Below are positions 39,644 through 50,300 of a stretch of DNA of 64,000 nucleotides, one piece after another (within the stretch, counting starts at the first letter, position 1; the number at the start of each line of letters is the position of its first letter). Made by a program: the position numbers and the translations under genes. Origin of the DNA: Candidatus Omnitrophota bacterium (lineage in GTDB: Bacteria > Omnitrophota > Gorgyraeia > B26-G9 > JBDRCZ01); contig JBDRCZ010000058.1 in NCBI GenBank assembly GCA_043821285.1, positions 18,699 to 82,698 on the forward strand, given 5' to 3'. The notes beneath the pieces are model-generated. The model searched no databases and had not been told where the DNA came from. It saw nothing but the letters and a program-made list of their open reading frames with translations.

Positions 39644-41110
39644 TTGAAAACGACAATTCACTTTAAACTAACTATTATCCTTATTCTCGCAGTGATACCG
39701 CTGTTTTATCTAAACGGCTATTTCCTCATCCATAATGCCAACAGCCAACTTAAAGAAGAACTGCGTCAACAGGCAATAGACGAAGAAATCTCCACGGCCA
39801 GTATTATAAGCCATGAGAGATTTCTGCATAATTTTAACAACTTAATCACTATTGCCGCAATCATCATATTAATCATCATCGCCAGTATATTATATGCCAA
39901 ATTTACCCGCCCGATATCCGAATTAAATAAAGGAATAACGCGCCTGCTTGCGGGTGATTTTAATTATACTATTCCCATAAAAACTACTGATGAACTTGGG
40001 AACCTGGTAAAAAATTTCAATCTCATGGTCGAGCATCTCAAACAACGATTCGAAGAACAATCTGCGCTTTATGAAGTTACCCAGGGATTAACGGCCATAA
40101 CAGAATTGGATCAGCTATTAAATAAAATCCTGGAAACTGCGATAAAACTGCTAAATGCCGAAAATGGCTCAATCATGTTAATTGACCAAAAAACAAAGAA
40201 CCTGACGATTAAGGCGGCAAAGGGACTTGATATAAATATTATAAAATCAACCCAGCGCAAAATTGGTGAAGGAATTAGCGGGTGGGTGGCTCGGGAAAAT
40301 ACACCGCTTATAATATCGGCAAAATCGGAAAATGCCTTGCCGGTCAGCTTTATTAAAAAAGAAAATATCAAGAATGCAATATGTGTACCTTTAGATATTA
40401 ACGATAAGGTAATCGGTATATTAAATATCAGCAACAAACAAGATGCTGAAAATTTTAATTGGGATCACCTAAATCTTCTCTCTTCCTTTGCCAGTGATGT
40501 GGCAATAAATATTGAAAACGCACGGGTATACCACAAAATACACCGTGATTTTTTAAATACGATTTTCGCACTTGCCGAAGCAATCGATGCGCGTACTCCT
40601 GATATGCACGGCCATTCAGAAAAAGTAACCACCGATGCCTTAAAGATTGCCACTAAACTCAACTTCAATGCGCAGAAACTTGAAGAGCTTCAAATCTCAG
40701 CAATCTTACATGACATCGGCAAAATCGGCATATCTGATAAAATACTATTTAAATCCGATAAATTAACCCCAGCAGAATACGCAATAATAAAAACCCACCC
40801 TGAACAGGGAATAAAAATGCTTGCCCGTGCAAGTCTTTCGGAGAAAATAATTGATTCCGTTCTCCATCATCACGAACGTTATGATGGTCTGGGATATCCT
40901 AAAAGGCTTGCGGGAACAAATATTCCCTTATTTTCCCGGATCATTGCCATTGCGGATAGTTTTATCGCGATGACCTCGAAACGTCCATATAATAAAACAT
41001 TGAACACTGAAGAAGCCTTAGAGGAAATCGTCCACTCATCCGGCACACAATTTGACCCGCATTTAGTAAGAGTCTACTACGATATTAAAATTAATGAAGA
41101 TATCCTGTAA
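39644..41110 (+). CDS. Membrane HAMP-GAF-HD-GYP phosphodiesterase
   Basis: Two TMs, HAMP (RPISEL...DELGNLVKNFN), GAF, HDIGKIG, HHHERYDGLGYP, RIIAIADSF. Confidence 0.9.
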   Translation: MKTTIHFKLTIILILAVIPLFYLNGYFLIHNANSQLKEELRQQAIDEEISTASIISHERFLHNFNNLITIAAIIILIIIASILYAKFTRPISELNKGITRLLAGDFNYTIPIKTTDELGNLVKNFNLMVEHLKQRFEEQSALYEVTQGLTAITELDQLLNKILETAIKLLNAENGSIMLIDQKTKNLTIKAAKGLDINIIKSTQRKIGEGISGWVARENTPLIISAKSENALPVSFIKKENIKNAICVPLDINDKVIGILNISNKQDAENFNWDHLNLLSSFASDVAINIENARVYHKIHRDFLNTIFALAEAIDARTPDMHGHSEKVTTDALKIATKLNFNAQKLEELQISAILHDIGKIGISDKILFKSDKLTPAEYAIIKTHPEQGIKMLARASLSEKIIDSVLHHHERYDGLGYPKRLAGTNIPLFSRIIAIADSFIAMTSKRPYNKTLNTEEALEEIVHSSGTQFDPHLVRVYYDIKINEDIL

Positions 41111-41131
41111 CAAGCTACAGGATATCTTCAT
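41094..41131 (+). terminator. Perfect 16-bp inverted repeat across HD-GYP stop codon
   Basis: ATGAAGATATCCTGTA-acaagc-TACAGGATATCTTCAT. No U-tract. Confidence 0.45.
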
Positions 41132-41392
41132 CTACAGAAAAAGATTACATTTTCCCATCATCCGCCAAGGCGGGTGAAAAAACTTTTGTCCTGTAGCAAC
41201 CTACTGGTAATACTATATTTAAAATTCGTGTAGATTTGTGCAATTCGTGGTTAGAGTTTTAGTTTTTTTCTTTTTTAACACCGGCGCAAAGCGTGCCAAG
41301 TTTTTTTTATAATTATTTTCAAAAATTTGCCAGTGTCTGCTATAATATGTCATTGTGTAGATATTTTTTGACAAAACCCTTTTTTTAAAGAG

Positions 41393-42898
41393 GTGTGCTT
41401 TGTGCCTGGAAAAATATTTAACTCATTAGGGAAACATCTAATATCCCCGGTTATTTTTACTATCTGCCTTATAATTTCACAACCGCAACAAATCTTAGCG
41501 GTGAATCAGCAGCCAGATACTAACAAACATCTGCGCAATATTGCACCTAATCATTACATTAAACTATCCATTGATTCATCTACGCATCGTAATTATGGGT
41601 TAGCTTATCCAATAACACATACCTTTTCTTTACCTGCAACATTTTCGGCCTTAAAAGCATACAAAAGACATCGGCAAACCCAGCCCTGGAGAGAAATCAC
41701 AGAGAAGACATCCCGTGATTTTTTTAATGGTATTGAAGCGGTACGATTTGACTATTTAAATAATATAGCTTATATTTCGCTATCCTTTGATTGCTTAAGT
41801 GATGAAATTCACTTAAAGATACTTGACTCTTCTGGCAAGGCGGTCAACGCAACCTATCAGGGAATTTCCGACTATTATGACAATCGCGATGCGGCAATCG
41901 TAGCTACAGCTGATGATTGGGATGGCTATGAACCTAATAATACGGGATTTAAGATGGCCTGCGATGCATTTACTCAGAGAAAAATTTGGCTCACTGTAGG
42001 TATAACCACCCATGGACAAGTAAATTTGAAAGTAGTTCCCCATCAGTTCTGGTCCGCGGTAATCTGGGATGAAGTGCAATCAAAAGTAGATGCCGGCTAC
42101 ATTGAAGTAGCTTCTCATTCCCTGACGCATCCTGGACCTGGGTGTGGCCATTTCTATAAATACACCGGTCCCCATACTGGTACTGATAACCAGAGGTTTG
42201 TACTTGAAGACAAGCGTGCAAATAATGGAATGGGTTTTCCTTCAAGTGACAAAAGCTATCTTGTGGGTCTGCGGGTTAAAAATACTACTGACAAGAGTTC
42301 CGGAATAATAACATCGAATACTAACTCAACAATTACCTGTGCTGCCGGGCTATCTGGCGGAACCGGTAATTGTTGGAATAAAGGTGACACCTATAGTATT
42401 TCGCTTTACGATTCTGAAATTGGGACATCAAAAGATGAAATCATTACAAACCTCAATCTGCCATATGCCCAGGGAAGCAACGAATATGTTTATGCCTGGT
42501 TCGAGCCTTGCTGCTACTCTGACCACACCGTACTCACTAAGCTTGGACAATTTAAATATTTAGTTGACCGGAACTCAATCCCCGGGGCACAAACTTTTGC
42601 TCCTTGGAGCCAAACACCTAAAATCTTTGGGCCAACTGGCTGCTCCTTATGGATAGAAAACAGCGCACTGGCAGCGGCAAATAAGAAATTCGACAATATG
42701 GTGTCTCGGGGAAATATTTATCACATATGCATGCATCCCCGGGATGTTGATTGGTCGGACGACTCATGGATATATGATCATTTAAACTATATTCACGGAA
42801 GAACAAACTTATGGTATGTTGGTCTCGGGCATTTATATTTATATCATTATGTCAATAAACTCAACAAAATTACCGTCGAAAAGATAGCAGGGGAGTAG
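41393..42898 (+). CDS. Secreted polysaccharide deacetylase-like (NodB) protein with inserted domain
   Basis: VATADDW, IEVASHSLTHP, YHICMHP. Hydrophobic N-terminal segment; start uncertain. Confidence 0.7.
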   Translation: MCFVPGKIFNSLGKHLISPVIFTICLIISQPQQILAVNQQPDTNKHLRNIAPNHYIKLSIDSSTHRNYGLAYPITHTFSLPATFSALKAYKRHRQTQPWREITEKTSRDFFNGIEAVRFDYLNNIAYISLSFDCLSDEIHLKILDSSGKAVNATYQGISDYYDNRDAAIVATADDWDGYEPNNTGFKMACDAFTQRKIWLTVGITTHGQVNLKVVPHQFWSAVIWDEVQSKVDAGYIEVASHSLTHPGPGCGHFYKYTGPHTGTDNQRFVLEDKRANNGMGFPSSDKSYLVGLRVKNTTDKSSGIITSNTNSTITCAAGLSGGTGNCWNKGDTYSISLYDSEIGTSKDEIITNLNLPYAQGSNEYVYAWFEPCCYSDHTVLTKLGQFKYLVDRNSIPGAQTFAPWSQTPKIFGPTGCSLWIENSALAAANKKFDNMVSRGNIYHICMHPRDVDWSDDSWIYDHLNYIHGRTNLWYVGLGHLYLYHYVNKLNKITVEKIAGE

Positions 42899-44327
42899 TG
42901 TTTATGGGTTTTATCATCGGACGAAATCCTAATCTCTCAACCTTGCCCCAACTCTTAACACCTTGCAATTTTTTAAAAAATGCCAGGATCCGCGAAAAAA
43001 TAACAATCTGACGATACCCGAGGTATTCCAATAAAGAAAAGACTAACATTCTTAAAAACACCCATTTGTTTCTGTATGTTTTAAAGACTACTTCTTCGAT
43101 AATAATCGCACAAACTGTCAACAACATTGTTATCCCTGCCGTGGAAAAGAGAAAAATCATCACGAAATTATAATTAATCACTCCTATTAACAATCCGGTA
43201 ATCATCGTTATAACCCCAGCACATTCCATAATCGGCGCAAACATTTCTCCGGCCGCGTAAAAGGGAAATGAAATAAGTCCTACGGCTTTATATCGCGGGT
43301 TAAAAAACATTATCTTGTGTCTTTGAATTGTATCAATCAGCCCGCGATGCCAGCGTTCTCGCTGTTTGACTAATGATGCTATGTTTGGCGGCGCCTCGGT
43401 CCAGGCAATCGGGTCGGAGACAAATATTACACGACAGCGCCGGCCTTTTTCCCGAAGCTTGCGGTGCATGCGCACGGTTAGTTCTATATCTTCGCCTACG
43501 GTATTTATCTCATAACCACCACACGCAACTACCTGGTCCTTTCTAAAGAATCCAAACGCCCCGGAAATAATCAAATCTCCGCCGAATCTATTCCAGCCCA
43601 GCTTACCAAACAAAAATATCCGCAAGTATTCGATTGCCTGAACTGCCGGGAAAATATCTGTGGGAAAACGCGTACGCATTATTTCTCCCTTCTCGATGTT
43701 ACAACCATTGGCAATGCGTATTGTCCCGCATATTGCAGCAGCGTCCTTTTCGGTCAACATCGCCCTGACCAAAGGCTGCAGCGCACCTTTTTCAATAATC
43801 GTATCCGCATCGACCGCTAAAAAATATCGGCTGGCCGCCACACTTATTCCGACATTTAAGGCATCTCCTTTACCGCCGTTTTGTTTATCGATTAAAATCA
43901 GATTCGGATAAATTTTCGAACGATAACTTTCTTTTATCGGCTGGGTTGCCTTAAAATTGTGTTCGGGCAATTGAATTTTTACCATTTGAAACGTGCTTAC
44001 CAGATATGGTAAAGTGGCATCCGCTGAGCCGTCATTTACAACAATTACTTCAAACTTAGGATAAGAAAGATTTAAAACTGCCTGGACGCTGACTATAATA
44101 TTCGCGGCTTCATTATATGCCGGGATAATAATACTTACTGGCGGGCAATCTATAGGATTCAAAACTTGTTTATCATCTTTGCGGCTTTGTTTATATCGGC
44201 AATATAACTGCGGTATTGAAAGCAGCAAGAGCAAAGCATAGAACGAATTAATCGCCAGAAAATAGCCCAATAAAACATTATTTAGCAAATATACTATATC
44301 ACGCATATCGTTTTTTGTTAGGCTCAA
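42870..44327 (-). CDS. GT2 processive glycosyltransferase (PgaC/IcaA-like)
   Basis: IPAYNE, NDGS, GGKGDALN, VDAD, GED, QRERW, C-terminal TMs. Confidence 0.9.
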   Translation of the reverse strand: MSLTKNDMRDIVYLLNNVLLGYFLAINSFYALLLLLSIPQLYCRYKQSRKDDKQVLNPIDCPPVSIIIPAYNEAANIIVSVQAVLNLSYPKFEVIVVNDGSADATLPYLVSTFQMVKIQLPEHNFKATQPIKESYRSKIYPNLILIDKQNGGKGDALNVGISVAASRYFLAVDADTIIEKGALQPLVRAMLTEKDAAAICGTIRIANGCNIEKGEIMRTRFPTDIFPAVQAIEYLRIFLFGKLGWNRFGGDLIISGAFGFFRKDQVVACGGYEINTVGEDIELTVRMHRKLREKGRRCRVIFVSDPIAWTEAPPNIASLVKQRERWHRGLIDTIQRHKIMFFNPRYKAVGLISFPFYAAGEMFAPIMECAGVITMITGLLIGVINYNFVMIFLFSTAGITMLLTVCAIIIEEVVFKTYRNKWVFLRMLVFSLLEYLGYRQIVIFSRILAFFKKLQGVKSWGKVERLGFRPMIKPINTTPLLSFRR

Positions 44328-47300
44328 AAGGGAAGTGGTTCAAACATTATTTTATCCACATACACCGCGCCCGCGGACATAGGCGACCATTCAAAAACAA
44401 AAGATATATTTTTCAGGCACCTTAAGTCAACTCCCTGAACCGCAAAATCTCTCAAAGGAATTCTCACCTTTTCCCACTGGGTTGAAGACTTTAAATACTG
44501 CTCTAAGTTTATGTATTTCCGTGTAGTACCATCATCCAGATACACATTAGGGGTTTCGCTCCCGTGAACCCTTTTGAATTTGAAAGAGAGAACCGGATAC
44601 TCACAAACATCAATATTATTCAAATCTACTATCCATCCCGCCCATGATTCTTTATCTCTTGAAGAGAAAATATCCGCATAATGTAAAAGCGAGCCCAATT
44701 GATCATAAAATGCGTTAATCCGGGCATTATTTGTCTTAAATGTCTTACAATCCCGGCCCCAGACATTCCGGCCAGCTCCGTCAGAACAGTTAGCAGCAAT
44801 TAACGGCACCACATCCATTTCAAAAGTAATATCGTCAATAAATATAACGCCGGTACTGTTTTTGAACCGATTTTCCAGGGTAAAATTAATATTCTCCAGA
44901 GAGGAAAAATCTTCTATTGTGCTAAAGCCCGCCAGAGGAATTGAAACCTTTTGCCACTCATTGGTAATGCCCATGGTTAAATAAGAACCAACCAAAATCT
45001 TATCTTCATGTCCATGCTTATCCATTAACCCCACCTGCACAACCGGGTTATCTATTTCACCCTTTATCCAGAAACAAAGAGTTCGATAAGCCGAGAGATC
45101 AATATTACGTAATAGCTTATAGTATCCGGCATAATCATCTTTCTCAGAAACATCGTAAGTCAATTTTAAACATGGCCCGCGTTCCGAATCATGTTCTATG
45201 GCCGTAGATATTTTGCTGTGAAAATCATTTTTCTGAAATAATCCCGCATCCGGGCCAAGGCCATTGGCATACAGGCTATGCTCAAAACCGGCTACCAACA
45301 AGGCGTCTTTTTTTGCCACCGGCTTTTCTGGAGGGTGTTTATCTTTTTCAATTATGAAATTATCAATGTAATACGTTGCTCCTTTCTTATTTTTGCCATA
45401 AACTAATTTCATGTAACCCTGCGCGTCCCAGTCTGCCATAACCATCTCTTGAATAACAAAGTTATCTCTTCCAACAATCGGGGGGTAGTTTTGCAACAGA
45501 GCATAGAGATTAAAACCGGCGGTATGCCATTTATTATCCACGATTACATTTTCAATCTGTCCTATCCGTTCCATATTCAGGCGCTTATATTCTTTTACTG
45601 CATCCGTAAACTCAATCTCATACCATCGCTCATCCATCTTAACGAGAAAATTAATATTTACCTGTTTTGGTATTTTATAGTCAAACCGAACAGTTGGGTA
45701 TTCTTTGGCATTAAACGGGAGGTCAAAGATTGTACTGGCAAAGTTACCGCCATGGTTTTTATTTGTTAACTTCAGGCAATAACCGCTGTCTAAATCTTTC
45801 CTTTGCTCCAATGTTAAATCAGCGCCAACATCACTATTGCGGTTAGTCCACTGTTCTATGCTCTGTTCAAATGTATTGGCAATCAAAAATTTCTCTTTTG
45901 AATTGATGCTTTTCTTCGATAACCCTAACTGATGTGCTGCGGGTTTATCAGCTGCGTATCTTGACCGGGATAGAGCTGTCCCTAAGTTTATGCCTTCAAA
46001 CACGGCAAAATAGGCATTGCCATGCGGCAGTCCGTGTAAATATGCGCAAAGTTCATTTGCCGCTTTATCAAAAAATGCCGGTAAATACTCCCATTGTTTT
46101 GCCTGAGAGTTGAACGCGTAGATTCCTAATTTTTCTGTGCTTAAATCCTTGAAACAATCCTCTGGAAGCTTTATTCCCAAAGTAGCATCTCTGGTAAAGC
46201 TCTCCCCCGCGGGTCTCATCTCATAGACTTTTCCTACAAGAGCACCCTCCTCGGGGAAAGGCAAGGTTTCATCCTCTAAAGGTTTAATTGTAATTATCCG
46301 AAACGGCTCTCTTAACGCGTGTTCCGGCACATCAAGCACAACCATCCCGTCAGTACTTATGGCTTTCCCCCCATAAATATTTGGGATTACCCGGCCAACC
46401 TCAACGGTCACGCGGTCCTCTGCAACAGCACCATGAATATTCGTTACAAGCAGCCGTATTGTATATACCCCCGCTAAATCTATAGGGTGGTCTTGCTGAT
46501 ACTCATCACCATAGGTATAATTTTTTAACCCGGTATCAAAAGTCGCCAGATTACCATAAATTGTCTGGTCGGATGAATCATCCAACATAACCGGAGCAGT
46601 ATCTTTTAGTTGTGGAATAGTAGATGTGGTAATATTCACCCATTCTCTTGGATTATCACCCTGTCCATAGTCTACACGATACTCTCTAAATGCCTCACCA
46701 TAGGCGACGCCGAAGATAGGAACTTTAGCGCGCACAAGTGCGTCCGCAAAAGGCACAGATATTTTTGCAATTAAGCCATTTGTTTTTTGGACAGCTTTAT
46801 GCTGCTGCGGACGTTTTTCTATACATTGAATAAACGTCGGCTCTCCACAAGATACATCTCTGTTTTGATCTATCGTAATATTCGACATAGGTTCATCAAC
46901 CGGTCCTTCATAATAATCCGGTTCAGGAATATTCTGTGCTATTTCCCATACCGCATAGGTCATCACTGTCCAAGACGCAGCAAATATTCCCCCAAAAATG
47001 TCGCCAGAAGCCAAAAATCCGCCCACAAAACTTGCTGCAACGTCATAATAAAATCTGTTTTCATCAAATAATCCACTTGGATCTGTGAAATTAACCGGAT
47101 TATTTTTTACATAACTATAAAAATTCATTCCCCCCTCGAACCCAATTGGATCAGGGGATAAAAACCTTCCGATTGCCGGGCTATAATATCTCGCCCGGTA
47201 ATAATAAAGCCCGGCCTCAGGCTCATATTCTCTTCCCGTAAACAAGTAGGGGTTGCCAATGCTACTTACCTTATTAGGAACGCCATAGGCATCGTAGGAA

Positions 47301-50300
47301 AAGGATTCTACAACATTCTCTGATTTATCTATAATATTAGTCACACTTCCCATTCCATCATAGCAGTAGAAATAATCCGTACCATTTCTTTTCATCACCA
47401 GTATCTCATCTATTCCTCGACCATAAACATAAGTTGCCTGGACCACACCTCTTTTATCCTTCTCCAGAATAACCCTGCTTTGGTCGTGTATATACTCGGT
47501 TATTGCTGCCGGGGTTATCTTAGAGGTTCTTCTTCCTAATGGATCATATACATATTTAATTATCTCCCCCGGCGTATTTACGCGGATGAGCTGATTTTCA
47601 AAATCATAGGCAAAGGTTGTTATTCCGGAAACCGCAGCAACTTCTATAAGGTTGCCATTGTTATCATAGGTATAAACATCCTCATCTATGTTTGTATATT
47701 GATTTAACATGTTTGTGGTGTATGTAGTGGTATCGCCATTTTTTGTTAAGGTGAGCCGGTTGCCAGCCTGATCATGGGTATATTCTGCTAATTCGCCGTC
47801 CGGCGATATTACTTTACTAAGCTGATAAATATTATCATAAACATACTCGGTCAAACCCTCTGGAGTAATCATGGTCAGTCTGTTACCAACAGCGTCATAA
47901 GTATAGGCAAAAGATGAAATAATTTCTGTGTTAGATTTTCTATTGACCAAAAACCCCAGACGTCCAAGAAAATCATAACTAAACTCAGTATAAACATTAT
48001 GTTGCAAATCCTTTCGGATAACCCGGCTCATGGCATCATAAGTATACGCGGCAATGGTTTGGCTTGAAGAATTTATCTGTATAAGTCTATTCACATCATC
48101 ATAAACATATTCCAGTTTTGTTCCATCGGGATAAACAAGCTGCGTGAGGTTTCCGGTTTTATCATAGCGATAACGTATTTTATCTTTTCCCGGACAGGTT
48201 ACCTTACTCAGCCTATTTGCCCGGTCATACTTAAATCTGAGCACACCGTTTCTGCCTTTTATCCTAATTAAATTCCCATAGTTATCATAGCTAAATACAT
48301 CTTTACGGCCATCAGGAAATATTTTTTCTCTGAGCTTACCTCTGGGGGTATAGCAAAATTTAATCTTCTGGCCATTTCTATCTGTCTTTCGCACTAGATT
48401 GCCTGCATCGTCATAGCGGTAACGTTCTCTACTCCCATCCGGATAAATCACGGTAATAAGATTACCATTACTATCATATGCAAAACTTGTTGTATTTCCC
48501 CGAGGGGTAGTAATACTGGATATTTGATTATATTGCGCTTCATAGGTCAACACAGTAACATTCCCCTGAGCGTCAGTTTTGGTTAAAATATTCCCACGGT
48601 TATCATAAGTAAAAAATATCTGGTTGCCATTAGCATCTCTGGTGCTTACTAAATTAGAATTATTATCATAGACACGTTCACTTATATTGCCTAACGTATC
48701 TTCTTTACAAATAATCAATCCATTATTGTTATAGATATAGCGTGTTTGCCTTCCCATGTTATCTGTCACTTTTTTTTCATGGGAAAGTTCACTATATTCG
48801 TAAAAAAGCCGGTTATTGCCTTCTTCATTGCTATATTCTTTAAGACGGCCATCTTCATATATTGTAAAAAACGTCTGCCGGCCGCAGGGATCACTAATCA
48901 GTATAAGATTGTGTTTTTGATCATAGGCATACGTGGTCTTAAATCCGCCAATATCCGTTACCGCGGATAGATTCCCCTCTTGGTCATATTCATACCATAC
49001 CCTTTGCCCAAATGGTCCTTCTATAGATGTAACTCGATTATTTTCATCATAATAAAAAAAAGTTATTTGGCCTGAGGTGTCCGTGATTGTTTTGAGGCGA
49101 TTATCCGGATCATATAAAAAAACTAATGCATTTCCGTTTCGATCTTCTATACGTGTTAATTTGCCTTGGCGGTTAAAATAAAAGACTTTTCCGTATTTTT
49201 CTGTTAACAGATAGGTGCCGTCAGCATTTTTTGTGAGTATTCGAAAATCACCTTTAGAAGACTCATATTCTCCCGGGGCCTTTGGTTTAAAAAAACTGCC
49301 GGTGCCGTTAGCATTAAATATCTCCACCAGCCCATCGGAGGTTTCTACAACATGCATGAGATAAGTATGCGTCCATCCGTATCCCAAGTATTTATCATAA
49401 CCGGAATACAAAGTATAAACCCTTTCTATTTGCACTGAGATACCTTGGGCCGGCATACTAAAGTCTATTTGGCGAACTAATTGTCTATCCGGGGAAGGAT
49501 TTGGCATTAAGGTAATCACTAAAGAACTATCGCGGATTAGCCGGCCATGGAAATCCGTAAGCTCAATATCTACCGTATAATCCTTGCCAGGATTAAGGTC
49601 CGTGGTATCCCATTGATAAAAAACCGGATAATCCATGGTTAAATTTTGCACACCGCTGTCATACCCATGGGAATTAGAGGTTATTCTTATTGAACCGCTG
49701 GTAATATTCGTTAGGTCAAAATTTCCTCTAACTTCAATCTTGATCATTTTACCGGTAGTATATCTATTGCCGGTCCTGGCAAATAAGCGGGCAACCACAT
49801 CTAAAACTATGGGTTCAGAATAAACCAAGGCACGATTATTATAACCATCGGCAACATAGAGCCATGTACCGTCACCATAAACAGAAATTGGCCCAGAAAG
49901 GCTACTAGCGGTAACCCCGTTAAAATTGCCGGCATTTGTGGAAAAATCCAGCTGTCCAAGAACCGCATCCGCGGACTGATTATTCTCCGTGGGGATCTGG
50001 GCATAGAGCAATATTCGATTATTGGCCTGATCCGCAACAAACAAGGATTCTCCGTTGCTATAAACAGCAAACGGCACATAAAAACTACTTGCACTTACAC
50101 CTCCATTATTTATTACATTCGAAGAAAAATTTGGCTGGCCTAAAACTATGTCCGCGGGTTGAAAATTATTCGTAGGAATTTGATTATGAATCAGCACTCT
50201 GTGATTGCCTTGGTCAGCGATATACACACGTATCCCATCACTAAAAACACGGGCCACTCCCCAAAGACTCTGGCTCGTTACCCCGCCGTTATTTGGGAGA

